From assembly GCA_965261085.1 (NCBI GenBank), contig OZ253442.1, forward strand, positions 3,136,001-3,200,000: a DNA stretch of 64,000 nt, in the 5' to 3' direction. The position numbers were made by a program, and so were the translations under genes. The DNA comes from a bacterium (lineage in GTDB: Bacteria > UBA8248). Under the pieces are notes generated by a model. It worked only from the letters and a program-made list of their open reading frames with translations, had not been told where the DNA came from and did no database searches. Of the stretch, positions 8,213-18,579 are shown piece by piece. Every line of letters begins with the position of its first letter. Within the stretch, counting starts at the first letter, position 1.

Positions 8213-8321
8213 GTTCTCACTGGATAATTTGATGGAGGAACATCATTCTTCGGTGATGGAAGAGACTCCCCGTTGAGGGGACGCGCTTCGAACATTTATC
8301 TTAAGTGGGGGCCCGAAGACC

Positions 8322-8786
8322 TTGGAAATCAATATCAGCATCAACGGCGAGAGCCGGACGTTCGACGTGGAACCCAGAACTCTTCTGGTTTACCTGTTGC
8401 GCGATGACGCCGGCCTTACGGGTACGCACGTCGCGTGTGAAACCTCGATATGCGGCGCCTGCACCATCCTGATCGACGACAAGGCGGTGAAAAGCTGCAC
8501 GGTGCTGGCCGCGCAGGCGGATGGTTGCGCCGTCACGACCATCGAAGGACTCGCCAATGGCGAGCAGCTTCATCCTTTGCAAGAACAATTCTGGGAGAAA
8601 CACGGCCTTCAGTGCGGCTACTGCACGCCGGGCATGATCCTGACGGCGAACCAACTCATTGCGGACAACCCCGATCCGACGGACGAGGAAATCAGGCACG
8701 GCATAGAAGGCAACCTTTGCCGCTGCACGGGTTATCAAAACATCGTCGACGCCATTTCCGCGGCGGCGGCTCAGATGAGGGAATAA
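8322..8786 (+). CDS. coxS: [2Fe-2S] small subunit of CO dehydrogenase-like molybdoenzyme
   Basis: CETSICGACT..C, QCGYCTPG and GNLCRCTGY motifs. Confidence 0.93.
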   Translation: MEINISINGESRTFDVEPRTLLVYLLRDDAGLTGTHVACETSICGACTILIDDKAVKSCTVLAAQADGCAVTTIEGLANGEQLHPLQEQFWEKHGLQCGYCTPGMILTANQLIADNPDPTDEEIRHGIEGNLCRCTGYQNIVDAISAAAAQMRE

Positions 8787-8789
8787 GAG

Positions 8790-11117
8790 ATGGCCCAAGC
8801 ACCCAAATTCATCGGCGCGCCCATCAAAAGACGTGACGATCCGCGTCTCATTCAGGGCCTCGCCCACTACGTGGACGATTTCAACCCACACGGCACCCTG
8901 CACATGGCGCTCGTGAGAAGCCCGTACGGCAAAGCCGCCATACGCTCGGTCGATATTTCCAGGGCGAAGGCGGCGGAAGGCGTGGTCGCCGTCTACACCC
9001 ACGAGGAGACGAAGGGCATCGGCCCCGTCCCCGTGGGCGGCCTCGTGCCCGACGCCAAGGTGCCGAACCAGCCGATACTGGCCGATAAACAGGCGCTCTT
9101 CGCCGGTGAACCCGTCGTTGCGGTTGTCGCAAAGACGCGCTACGGCGCGCGAGACGCGGCGGAGTTGGTCGAGATCGACTACGAGCCGCTCGACGCCGTG
9201 GTGGACTTAGAGGCCGCTCTGGAGCCCGGCTCACCCAAGGTGCACGAAGCCTATGAGAGCAACGAGGCGTTCATATGGGGAATCGCCGGCGGCGACGTGG
9301 AAGCCGGTTTCAACGAAGCCGACGTCATCGTCAAGGAGAGGATCACGAACGCCCGCGTCGCCCCGCTGGCGCTGGAGCCGCGCGGCGTTCTGGCGCACTA
9401 CCTCCCCGGCGAGGACAAGATGACGCTGTGGACCTCCACCCAGGTGCCGCACAAGGTGCGCACGCTCGTGGCGATCCAGATCGGGATGCCGGAGAACCGC
9501 ATGCGCGTCATCGCCCCCGAAGTGGGCGGCGGCTTCGGCAGCAAGCTCAACATCTACCGCGAAGAGGCGCTCGCGGCTTTCGTCTCGCGCGAACTCGGCC
9601 TGCCGATCAAGTGGGTGGAAAGCCGTTCCGAGAACTTCATGGCCACCATCCACGGGCGCGGCCAGGTGGGCGACGTGGAGATGGGCCTCAAGAACGACGG
9701 CACCATCACCGCGTTCCGCTACAACGTGCTGGCCGATTGCGGGGCCTACTATCAGTTGCTCACCATAGCCATCTTTACGCTGACGGGCCTCATGCTCCCC
9801 GGCCCCTACAAGATCGCGAACATCGAGATGAACGCCACCGGCGTGTTCACCAACAAGGTGGCGACAGACGCCTACCGGGGCGCGGGCCGTCCCGAGGCGA
9901 CCTACATTCTCGAACGCATGATGGACATCGCGGCGATAAAACTGGGAATGGACCCCGTGGAGATCAGGCGCAAGAATTTCCCGGATAAATCCGAGTTCCC
10001 CTTCAGCACGTCCGCAGGTCTGCTCTACGACAGCGGGGATTACCATCAGGCGCTCGACCTCGCGCTCGAAGCGGCGGACTACCCCGCCATGCGCGCGCAG
10101 CAGGAAGAGGCCAGAAAAGACGGCAGGTATCTGGGTATCGGCTTTTCCACCTACGTCGAGATTTGCGGCATGGGACCCTCCGCCGCGCTGGGCGGCCAGG
10201 GTTGGGAGAGCGCGCGCGTGCGCGTGGAACCCACGGGCAAGGCCACCGTATTCTCGGGCGCATCGCCCCACGGCCAGGGCCAGCAGACCTCTTTCGCCCA
10301 AATCGTGGCGGACGGCCTGGGCATCGGCGTGGACGACGTGACCGTCATCCACGGAGATACCGACGTGGTGCCCTACGGCGTGGGCACCTTCGGCAGCCGG
10401 GGCACCGTGGTGGGCGGCTCGGCGGTCGTCTACGCGCGCGACAAGGTGCGGGCGAAGATGACCAAGTTCGCGGCGATGGAATTCGAGGCCGCCGAGGACG
10501 ACATCGAATTCGAGGACGGCAAGGTATTCGTCAGGAGCGCGCCCGAGAAATCGACCGGCTTCGCCGAGATCGCGATGATGGCCTACAGCGCCATCAAACT
10601 GCCTGAAGACACCGATCCGGGCCTCGAGGAAACCCACTTCTTCGAGCCGAGCAACTTCACCTTCCCCTTCGGGACGCACATCGTCCTGGCCGAGGTCGAT
10701 CCGGATACGGGTGAGGTGGAAATTCTCCGCTACGTGGCGGTGGACGACGTGGGCAACATGATCAACCCGCTGCTCGTACACGGACAGATCCACGGCGGCA
10801 TCGCCCAGGGGCTGGGACAGGCACTGGAAGAAGAGATGATTTACGGCGAGGGCGGACAGCCGCTCAACGCGTCTTTCATGCACTACGCCCTTCCCAAGGC
10901 GAACAGGCTGCCACGCTTCGAGCTTCTGCACACCACCACGCCGACGGACGTGAACCCCCTCGGCGCGAAAGGCGTGGGCGAGGCCGGCACCATCGGCTCG
11001 ACACCCGCCGTGGTGAACGCCGTGCTCGACGCGCTTTCGCCATTCGGCATCACGCACATCGACATGCCGCTGCGCCCCGAGAGGCTGTGGCGCGCCATCG
11101 CCGAGAAGAGGGCTTAA
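8790..11117 (+). CDS. coxL: Molybdopterin large subunit, form II CoxL / xanthine dehydrogenase family
   Basis: VGGGFGSK, AYRGAGRPEA (form II signature), HGQG, GTFGSRG and AKGVGEAG motifs. Confidence 0.9.
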   Translation: MAQAPKFIGAPIKRRDDPRLIQGLAHYVDDFNPHGTLHMALVRSPYGKAAIRSVDISRAKAAEGVVAVYTHEETKGIGPVPVGGLVPDAKVPNQPILADKQALFAGEPVVAVVAKTRYGARDAAELVEIDYEPLDAVVDLEAALEPGSPKVHEAYESNEAFIWGIAGGDVEAGFNEADVIVKERITNARVAPLALEPRGVLAHYLPGEDKMTLWTSTQVPHKVRTLVAIQIGMPENRMRVIAPEVGGGFGSKLNIYREEALAAFVSRELGLPIKWVESRSENFMATIHGRGQVGDVEMGLKNDGTITAFRYNVLADCGAYYQLLTIAIFTLTGLMLPGPYKIANIEMNATGVFTNKVATDAYRGAGRPEATYILERMMDIAAIKLGMDPVEIRRKNFPDKSEFPFSTSAGLLYDSGDYHQALDLALEAADYPAMRAQQEEARKDGRYLGIGFSTYVEICGMGPSAALGGQGWESARVRVEPTGKATVFSGASPHGQGQQTSFAQIVADGLGIGVDDVTVIHGDTDVVPYGVGTFGSRGTVVGGSAVVYARDKVRAKMTKFAAMEFEAAEDDIEFEDGKVFVRSAPEKSTGFAEIAMMAYSAIKLPEDTDPGLEETHFFEPSNFTFPFGTHIVLAEVDPDTGEVEILRYVAVDDVGNMINPLLVHGQIHGGIAQGLGQALEEEMIYGEGGQPLNASFMHYALPKANRLPRFELLHTTTPTDVNPLGAKGVGEAGTIGSTPAVVNAVLDALSPFGITHIDMPLRPERLWRAIAEKRA

Positions 11118-11119
11118 GA

Positions 11120-11992
11120 ATGATTCCAGCTTCTTTCGACTACGTTCGACCCAAGGCGCTTGAAGACGCTCTCGCGCAACTCAGGGAGCATGGAGAAGAC
11201 GCGCGAGTCCTCGCCGGAGGACACAGCCTTCTGCCCGTGATGAAGGCGAGGCTCGCCGACCCGGGCGTCCTCATCGACATCGCCCACATCGAGGGCCTCT
11301 CGGGCATCACCGAGTCCGAGGGCGGAGTTCGCATCGGCGCGATGACGACCCACGCCGAAATCGAGAATTCATCTCTGGTGCAGGAAAAATGCCGGGCCCT
11401 CGCAGAGGCGGCGGGCTCCATCGGCGACGTGCAGGTCAGAAACCGGGGCACGCTGGGCGGCTCTCTCGCCCATGCGGACCCCGCCGCCGACTATCCGGCG
11501 GCCGTGCTGGCGGCGGGAGCGGAAGTCACCGTCGCGGGCGCGGACGGCGAGCGCGTTATCGGAATCGACGATTTCTTCACCGGAACGTATGAGACGGCCC
11601 TCGCCCCCGCCGAGATTCTCACCTCCGTTCGCATACCGGCTCCATCCGGACGCAGCGGCGGCGCGTATCTCAAGGCGGCGCAACAGGCCAGCGGCTTCGC
11701 GGTGTGCGGCGTGGCCGTCCAGCTCGCGCTGGACGCAAACGGCGCGGTCGCCTCCATCCGCGTGGGCGTGACGGGCGTGGCCGCGCCCGCCTACCGGGCC
11801 ACAAACGTCGAGGATGCTCTCATCGGCGGCGCGCCGAGCGCTGAGTCGATTCGCAAGGCGGCTGCGGGAGCGGGAGAGGGCGTCGATGCGCTCGATGATT
11901 TCTACGCCGGGGCGGATTTCAGGCGCCATCTGGCCGGCGTCTACGCCGCGCGCGCCATCGGCAAGGCCTGGATCCGCGCCTCCGGCAACTAA
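11120..11992 (+). CDS. coxM: FAD-binding medium subunit
   Basis: MIPASFDYVRP, LAGGHSLLP and QVRNRGTLGGSLAHADPAAD motifs; ATG at 11120. Confidence 0.92.
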   Translation: MIPASFDYVRPKALEDALAQLREHGEDARVLAGGHSLLPVMKARLADPGVLIDIAHIEGLSGITESEGGVRIGAMTTHAEIENSSLVQEKCRALAEAAGSIGDVQVRNRGTLGGSLAHADPAADYPAAVLAAGAEVTVAGADGERVIGIDDFFTGTYETALAPAEILTSVRIPAPSGRSGGAYLKAAQQASGFAVCGVAVQLALDANGAVASIRVGVTGVAAPAYRATNVEDALIGGAPSAESIRKAAAGAGEGVDALDDFYAGADFRRHLAGVYAARAIGKAWIRASGN

Positions 11993-12090
11993 CGCTTACG
12001 CTTCGGGCGTGCAGCTTCCCCGGCAAAACGTGTTTTCCCCTCATCGCCCGTATACCTTGCGGGCGATTTTCACGTCCGCAGCGGTTTCAA

Positions 12091-12915
12091 ATGAATAACG
12101 CCCCGCTTCTTCCCTCCATCCCCTGGCTCGCGCATGAGAACGCGCGTTTTATCGACCATCTTCGCGCGATGGCGCAAGCCGATTGGCTCAAGCCCACCTT
12201 CTGCCTCGAGTGGAACGCGGCCCAAATCATCGGCCACATGACGGGAGGGGCCATCTCCTATGTCGAGCGTATCCGGGCGGCGCGCAGAGGAGAGGTCATC
12301 CTCTCTCTGGGAGCCGAGACGCCGGCGGAATTCCAGGCGGCGCGCGGTGAGATTATGCGCAAATCCATCGCCATGTCTTCCGCAGAGCGCATCGACTGGA
12401 TAGAACAAAGCCAGAGCGCGCTCCAGGCTGAAATCGAACGCTTGGAACCCGGCGATCTCGACCGAAAACTCTGGCACAGAAAGGGCGACACGCGGGTGCG
12501 GACTTTTCCCGATCAAAGGCTCTACGAGGTGGCGCTACACTCCTGGGATTTGGAGAACGACCCCGCATCACCGCTTGAGACCGATTCACTGGGCATGCTT
12601 GTGAAAATCCTCGAAACGAGGCTTTCATTATACGTCAACCGCGCCGCGCCTACTGGAATTACGGGTGTGTTCCGCTTCGAGACGACGGCGCCCGAGGCGG
12701 TATGGGAAATGGCGATAGCAGGTAGTAAGGCATCGCCCACGGAGGGCCTCTCCGATTCGCCCGACGCCGCTCTCTCCGCATCTGCGAGCGACATGGTGCT
12801 CCTGTGCGCGGGCCGGGCGGAGCGCGCGCTGAAAATCGTAGAAAACTCCCTGCGCATCGAAGGAGACACGCAAAAAGCGACAAAACTCATGGACGTCCTC
12901 TTTCAGCCCTTTTGA
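12091..12915 (+). CDS. Maleylpyruvate isomerase family (MDMPI/DinB fold) protein with SCP2-like C-terminus
   Basis: DW.KPT.C.EW....IIGH and EVALHSWDL motifs. Confidence 0.75.
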   Translation: MNNAPLLPSIPWLAHENARFIDHLRAMAQADWLKPTFCLEWNAAQIIGHMTGGAISYVERIRAARRGEVILSLGAETPAEFQAARGEIMRKSIAMSSAERIDWIEQSQSALQAEIERLEPGDLDRKLWHRKGDTRVRTFPDQRLYEVALHSWDLENDPASPLETDSLGMLVKILETRLSLYVNRAAPTGITGVFRFETTAPEAVWEMAIAGSKASPTEGLSDSPDAALSASASDMVLLCAGRAERALKIVENSLRIEGDTQKATKLMDVLFQPF

Positions 12916-12942
12916 ACGCGGCACGGGAACAGGGGAAAAATC

Positions 12943-13455
12943 ATGCGGCTCGTCATTGATGGATACAACCTCATTCCCGCCATCGCCGAACTCAGGCGCG
13001 TTCTTCATCAGGATTTGGAAGCCGGTCGCGAGGGCCTCATCGAGATGCTCCAGAGCTACCGCAGGAATTCTCAGGGAAATCCCCAGATTACCGTCGTATT
13101 CGACGGAAAATCCCACCATGACCGAGGGGGGAGAAGCCCGGGCGGTGTGGAGGTATTGTTCTCCAGACACGAAATCGCCGACGCGCTTATCCTGCGCCTC
13201 TTGAAAGACAAATACAGGGGGGCGGTTCTCGTCACCTCGGACAGGGCGCTCGGCGAGGCGGCGGCGCCCTTCGCGTCTGCGGTCGTGCGGACGGGCGAGT
13301 TTAGGGACCGTCTCCATCAGGCGGCCTTCATGGAAGATGACGCGCCGGAAGATGATCCCTCCAGAACGCCCAGGCGAGACACCCGGAAAAAAGGAAACCC
13401 CAGGCGCGCCCCCAAAAAAGAGCGCAAAAGAAGCCGGCAACTCAAGAATCTTTGA
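12943..13455 (+). CDS. NYN-domain (YacP-like) RNase
   Basis: LVIDGYNLI, VVFDG, ADALI and VTSDR motifs; basic tail KKGNPRR..K.ER. Confidence 0.85.
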   Translation: MRLVIDGYNLIPAIAELRRVLHQDLEAGREGLIEMLQSYRRNSQGNPQITVVFDGKSHHDRGGRSPGGVEVLFSRHEIADALILRLLKDKYRGAVLVTSDRALGEAAAPFASAVVRTGEFRDRLHQAAFMEDDAPEDDPSRTPRRDTRKKGNPRRAPKKERKRSRQLKNL

Positions 13456-13714
13456 GGTGACGTTCATCCGAGGCGGGCGCTAGTTACTCCGCGCGGTAAT
13501 TTTCATCTCTTCCGCCGAAAACCCATCGCCCTATCCCGCACAAGCAACTCTCCGCAGCCCCGCGCGAGAATCGCATGGCCCCTACCCTCATGTGAATGTC
13601 TTTGGAATGCAATACCTCTCAACACCTCGGAATGCCGAATTCACCGCTCAGCTTTTCAACCGCCCGCGCATCTCCCCGAAATGCAGGATGATGGAGAGCG
13701 TCGCCAATATGAAA

Positions 13715-14617
13715 CTATTCGGAGCGCAGTCTGGGGTCGAGCGTGTCGCGCACGGCGTCGCCGAAGAGGTTGAAGGCGAAGACGGAGGCGGTGATGGCGA
13801 GACCGGGAAAAACGGGAATCCAGGGCGCGCTTTCGGCGTATTCCTCAGCCCCTCCCTGGAGCATCAGCCCCCAGGCGGCGGTGGGTTCCTGCACTCCGAG
13901 ACCTAAGTAGGAGAGTGAGGCTTCGAGCAGTATCGCCTGGCCCAGGAAAGAAGTGAGCATGATGAGATAGGGCGCCATGACGTTGGGAATCATGTGCCGG
14001 AAGATGATGCGCGCGTGCGCGAAGCCGAGCGCCCGGGCGGCGTCCACGTAGGGAATCTCGCGGATGGAGAGCGCGCTTGAGCGCACCACGCGGGCGCATC
14101 TGGGGATCAAGGGAATCGTGATGGCGAAAATCACGTTCTGCGTTCCGGTGCCGAAGATGGAAACCACCGAGAGCGCCATGATGATGAGCGGAAACGAGAT
14201 GAAGATATCCATGAAGCGCTGGAATATGAGGTCGAAGCGCCCGCCGAAATACGCGCTGCCCACGCCGAGGACGAGGCCGGCGGTGGAGCCCATTATGGCG
14301 GCCGAAAAGCCGATGAACAGCGCCGTTCTGGCGCCGAAGACAATGCGCGTGAAAATATCGCGCCCGAACTGATCCGTCCCGAACCAATGCGCGACGCTCG
14401 GGGCGACGTGCATGCTGTCGAAGGAATTCTGCACCGGGTCGTAGAAGGTGATGATGTCCGCGAAACCGGCCAGCAGGATCATCGCGATGACGGCGCACGC
14501 ACTCACCGCGCCCAGGGGCTTCTTCCTCGCGGTGTCCTTGAGCTTGCTCAACAGCGAGCGCTCGGGGACGGCGGCGAAATCCATCTCGGAGACGGCAAGG
14601 TCGGTGGGGGACGCCAT
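13715..14617 (-). CDS. Peptide ABC transporter permease (DppC/OppC)
   Basis: HWFGTDQFGRDIF, YVDAARALG, EASLSYLGLG motifs; ATG 14617 with GGAGG RBS. Confidence 0.93.
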   Translation of the reverse strand: MASPTDLAVSEMDFAAVPERSLLSKLKDTARKKPLGAVSACAVIAMILLAGFADIITFYDPVQNSFDSMHVAPSVAHWFGTDQFGRDIFTRIVFGARTALFIGFSAAIMGSTAGLVLGVGSAYFGGRFDLIFQRFMDIFISFPLIIMALSVVSIFGTGTQNVIFAITIPLIPRCARVVRSSALSIREIPYVDAARALGFAHARIIFRHMIPNVMAPYLIMLTSFLGQAILLEASLSYLGLGVQEPTAAWGLMLQGGAEEYAESAPWIPVFPGLAITASVFAFNLFGDAVRDTLDPRLRSE

Positions 14618-14628
14618 CACGTAACCTC

Positions 14629-15600
14629 CTAGCTGTAGCGTATGCGCGGGTCGAGCCACGCATAGAGGATGTCGATGAACAGATTCGTAAAGATGAAGAC
14701 GACGGCCACGAGCATGACCAGGGCCTGCGTCATGGTGTAGTCGTGGTTACTCACCGATTCGACTAAAAGTTTCCCCAGGCCGTTTAGGTTGAACACCAGT
14801 TCGGTCACCACCAGCCCGCCCATCAGGAAGGCGAACTCCAGGCCGATGACGGTCACCACGGGCAGAAGCGAATTCTTGAGCGCATGGCGGTTGATGATGA
14901 GCTTTTCCAGCAGACCCTTGGCGCGTGCGGTGCGCACGTAATCCTCACGCAAGACCTCCAGCAGGGCCGAGCGCGTCATGCGCGTGGCGACGGCGGAGTA
15001 TCTATATCCCGTCGCGACGGCCGGCCATATCAACTGCGATATGTTGGCCACCGGATCCTCCCATATCGGGGTATAGTGAATCGGCGGCATCCAGGGGTCC
15101 CCGAAGACTTTCTGCGTCATGATCAAAAGACCGAGAATAATCAGAATGCCCAGCCAGAACGAGGGCATGGCGATCCCTGCGATGCTGATCGAGCGCACGA
15201 CGTAGTCGATCCAGGTGTCCTGCTTGATGGCGGAAATCGTTCCCAGCGGAATGGAGATGAGGATGCCCGTGAGCGTCGCCATGATGGCGACCTGCAAGGA
15301 GAGTTCGAACCTAAGGCCGATTTCGTGCAGAATCGGCTTGCCCGTCCACATGGATTGGCCCAAATCGAACGTGAAGAATCCCGTGATGAAATCGATGAAC
15401 TGCACGTAGATGGGCGCGTCTATCCCCAGGTTCTCCTGGCACGTCGCTATCGCTTCCTTGTCCACGTACATGCCCGAGCCGGCCATGCGGAGTTCGCACA
15501 CGTCACCGGGTATCAGGCGGAGCATGAAGAACACCAGCACCGCCGCTCCCAGGAGCGTCGGGAACATCAGCAAAATTCTCTTGAGCGTGTATTTGTACAC
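14629..15600 (-). CDS. Peptide ABC transporter permease (DppB/OppB)
   Basis: PGD, DLGQS, EDYVRTARAKGL, HALKN, DPRIRY motifs. Confidence 0.93.
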   Translation of the reverse strand: MYKYTLKRILLMFPTLLGAAVLVFFMLRLIPGDVCELRMAGSGMYVDKEAIATCQENLGIDAPIYVQFIDFITGFFTFDLGQSMWTGKPILHEIGLRFELSLQVAIMATLTGILISIPLGTISAIKQDTWIDYVVRSISIAGIAMPSFWLGILIILGLLIMTQKVFGDPWMPPIHYTPIWEDPVANISQLIWPAVATGYRYSAVATRMTRSALLEVLREDYVRTARAKGLLEKLIINRHALKNSLLPVVTVIGLEFAFLMGGLVVTELVFNLNGLGKLLVESVSNHDYTMTQALVMLVAVVFIFTNLFIDILYAWLDPRIRYS

Positions 15601-15831
15601 TTTGTGCGTCCTTGCGATTCACGCCATGCGAGCGTATCGCACGCCTCGGGAGGAGTTCGCCGACTCATCCATCATTGATGCGCCCTTGCGTTTCACTTCT
15701 TGCGTGACTCTCATCACCTCACATGCGGCGATGGGGCGCTTTCACGTTCGCTCACAGGCCCCCATGCCGCTTTTTGGGGCCGCCCTCCCCCGCCCACCCG
15801 GGCGTCCGGGCGGCGAGGGAGACGATGCGGC

Positions 15832-17454
15832 CTATTTGTCGAGCCAGACGTTATCCAGATGCTGGTTCAGGTAGTGGCTCGGCGCTATCTTCCAACCCTT
15901 CACGTAGCTTCGGTGGGGGTTGATCTTGTACCACCAGAGCGTCACGAACTGGTGCGCCATCTCATCGAGGGCGCGCTTTTCATACTTGCGCATGATTTCG
16001 CGCTGCTTCTTCACGTCGGGTTCGCGGTTCATCTCGTCGAACCATTTGTCGAGCTGGCGATCCTGGTATTGCGCGTACTGGTTGCCCGCCCTGTCGTCGG
16101 AGATGAACTTCGAGATGTCGACCAGCGGATTGATGACCGACTGGCAGTTGAAGTCGATGGATACGTCGAAGTTCTTCTTCTTTCTCAGCGTGGCGTAGAA
16201 AGGCCCGGAAGGCTGCACCCACTGCTTGACCTTGAGGCCGATCTTCCGCCACTGGTCGATGACCCAGGTGCCCACGACCTTGTAGGGCTGGTCCACTCCC
16301 CGGTTGTGCAGGGTGAACTCGAAGCCGCTCGGATAGCCGGCTTCCTTGAGGAGTCTCTTGGCCTCGGCGCGGGATTTATTGATGTCCGACCAGTAGCCCG
16401 CGATCTTCGTTAATTCCTCTTTCGTGGCCGCCAGGGGATGTTTGGGAAAAACCACGCCGCCGACGGTCTTCACGATGGCGATGCGCGAGAGGTATTTGGA
16501 TCCGCCCCAGCGGTCGATCGCCAGCGTAAGCGCCCGGCGCACGCGCGCATCGTCAAAAGGCTTGCGCTTGTGGTTGGGCGTCACCATGAGATTGCAGTTC
16601 CAGTCGCTTTCCTGGACGGTGAGCTTGTCGCCCAGCGCTTTCTTGAGATCGTCACGCGCCTTGGGCGGAAATCCGCGGAATTCGATGGCCGCGCGGTCGC
16701 CGCGAATGGCCTGGAGGCGAATGGCCATCTTGGGCGCGGAAATCGCCCGGTAGCCGTCGAGATAGGGTTTTCCCTTGTGGTGGTATTTGGCGTAGCGCTT
16801 GCCCTCGACGAACGCGCCCGGCTGGTGCTGCACGAACGTGAAGGCGCCCGTGCCGTTCACGTTCTTCTGGTGCCATCTGTAGCCGTGCTTGTCGAGGTCG
16901 GCCTTCGAGTAGATGAAGTTATAAGGCAGCGCAAGCGCCGGAACGAAGGAGCCCGTCGGGTATTTCAGCTTGTAGACCAGCGTCTCGGGGTCCGGTGCGC
17001 TGACGGATTTCACCATGCTGAAAAACGCCTTGCGGTTGCTCTCGATGCCTTTCGGCGGGCTGATGATCTTGTCATACGTCGCCTTCACGTCCGCAGAGGT
17101 GAGTTTCTGGCCGTTGTGGAACGAGATGTCCTTGCGGATTTTGAAGGTGTACTTCGTATGCCCTTCTGTCGGCTTCGGCACTCCGCCCTCGCACACGTCG
17201 CAGACGAAATCCGTCGGTGAAGAGGGATTGTCCGGATTCACGCGAATCAGCAGGCTGTAGAAGGGACGAAGCGGGTGAATCATCCCGAAGGTGGATTCGA
17301 TGTGGCCATCGTATGAGGGAATCTTACTGCCGACGACGAATTTGAGAATGCCGCCTTTCTTGGGAGCCGCCTCGGCGGGTGGAGCAAAACTCCACAGCGC
17401 CAGGGCGAACAGCGCCGCTACGATGACGAAAGTTCTGAGACGAGTCTTAAGCAT
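15832..17454 (-). CDS. ABC substrate-binding protein, family 5
   Basis: Signal peptide; PKKGGIL, FHNGQKLTSADV, GTGAF and KPFDDARVRRAL motifs. Confidence 0.93.
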   Translation of the reverse strand: MLKTRLRTFVIVAALFALALWSFAPPAEAAPKKGGILKFVVGSKIPSYDGHIESTFGMIHPLRPFYSLLIRVNPDNPSSPTDFVCDVCEGGVPKPTEGHTKYTFKIRKDISFHNGQKLTSADVKATYDKIISPPKGIESNRKAFFSMVKSVSAPDPETLVYKLKYPTGSFVPALALPYNFIYSKADLDKHGYRWHQKNVNGTGAFTFVQHQPGAFVEGKRYAKYHHKGKPYLDGYRAISAPKMAIRLQAIRGDRAAIEFRGFPPKARDDLKKALGDKLTVQESDWNCNLMVTPNHKRKPFDDARVRRALTLAIDRWGGSKYLSRIAIVKTVGGVVFPKHPLAATKEELTKIAGYWSDINKSRAEAKRLLKEAGYPSGFEFTLHNRGVDQPYKVVGTWVIDQWRKIGLKVKQWVQPSGPFYATLRKKKNFDVSIDFNCQSVINPLVDISKFISDDRAGNQYAQYQDRQLDKWFDEMNREPDVKKQREIMRKYEKRALDEMAHQFVTLWWYKINPHRSYVKGWKIAPSHYLNQHLDNVWLDK

Positions 17455-17541
17455 ATGGATATCTCCTTTTGAATACTCGGATGAAATTCATACATCCCAA
17501 ATTAAGTCGTGAAACGAGTAAAACTACATAGCCAAAAAATT

Positions 17542-18576
17542 TCAGACTTCCATACAGGCCACCCAATGGCTCGGTTTCAACTCCCGCGAAACAGGCGCCT
17601 CTTTGGAGCAGTTCTCCACCGCGATAGGACACCGGGGGTGGAACACACAGCCCGATGGCGGGTTTATCGGGCTGGGCACCTCTCCCGCGACGAAGCTGAT
17701 ATCGCGTTTCTGCTCGACCTCCGGGTCCGGCACCGGAACGGCCGAAAGCAACGCCCGCGTATAGGGGTGCATCGGATTATCGTACAATTCGTCGCAATCC
17801 GCCAATTCCACGATCCGGCCCAGATACATGACCGCCACCCGGTGGCAAAGGTGGCGCACCACGCTCAGATCATGCGCGATGAACAGGTACGTCAGATTAT
17901 ATTCATCTCTCAAGTCTTCGAGCAAATTGATGATTTGCGCCTGGATCGACACGTCGAGCGCCGAGACGGGTTCATCGCAGATGATGAAATCGGGCTTCAG
18001 GCTCAAGGCCCGTGCGATTCCCACGCGCTGGCGCTGCCCGCCGCTCATCTCGTGTGGATATCTATCCGCCATCCTGGGATTCAGCCCGCAGACGCTGAGC
18101 AACTCGCTGACTCTATTCTTTCTCTTTCGGGCGTCCGGTTCGATTCCGTGGACGTACATGGGCTCGTCTATTATTGCGCCGATCTTCATGCGCGGATTCA
18201 AAGAACTGTACGGGTCCTGGAAGATTACCTGGATTTTTTGCCTGTATTCGCGCAATTCCACCTGACCGAGCTTCGTCAAATCCACGCCGTCAAAAACAAT
18301 TTCACCCTCCGTGGGCCGTTCGAGCTGGAGGATGCACCTTCCCGTCGTCGTCTTCCCGCAGCCGCTTTCGCCCACGAGACCCAGCGTCTCGCCGCGCCTG
18401 ATGTGCAAATCCACGCCATCCACGGCCTTCACCAAGCCGACGAGTTTATTGAAAACCACGCCCTCGGTGATGGGAAAATGCATCTTGAGGCCCTTGACGT
18501 CGAGGAGAACGTCGCCAAGCCCACCATTTCGGGTGAGTTGGGCATCACTTTCCATAGTGGACCCCGCATGGTTCAT
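17542..18576 (-). CDS. Peptide ABC ATPase (DppF/OppF)
   Basis: [20 protein letters not shown] and GCVFHPRC motifs. Confidence 0.94.
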   Translation of the reverse strand: MNHAGSTMESDAQLTRNGGLGDVLLDVKGLKMHFPITEGVVFNKLVGLVKAVDGVDLHIRRGETLGLVGESGCGKTTTGRCILQLERPTEGEIVFDGVDLTKLGQVELREYRQKIQVIFQDPYSSLNPRMKIGAIIDEPMYVHGIEPDARKRKNRVSELLSVCGLNPRMADRYPHEMSGGQRQRVGIARALSLKPDFIICDEPVSALDVSIQAQIINLLEDLRDEYNLTYLFIAHDLSVVRHLCHRVAVMYLGRIVELADCDELYDNPMHPYTRALLSAVPVPDPEVEQKRDISFVAGEVPSPINPPSGCVFHPRCPIAVENCSKEAPVSRELKPSHWVACMEV

Positions 18577-18579
18577 TGT

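Noticed and set aside
8790-11117. Bona fide form I aerobic CO dehydrogenase
   Set aside because: The active-site loop is AYRGAGR, not AYxCSFR, and the gene order is S-L-M.
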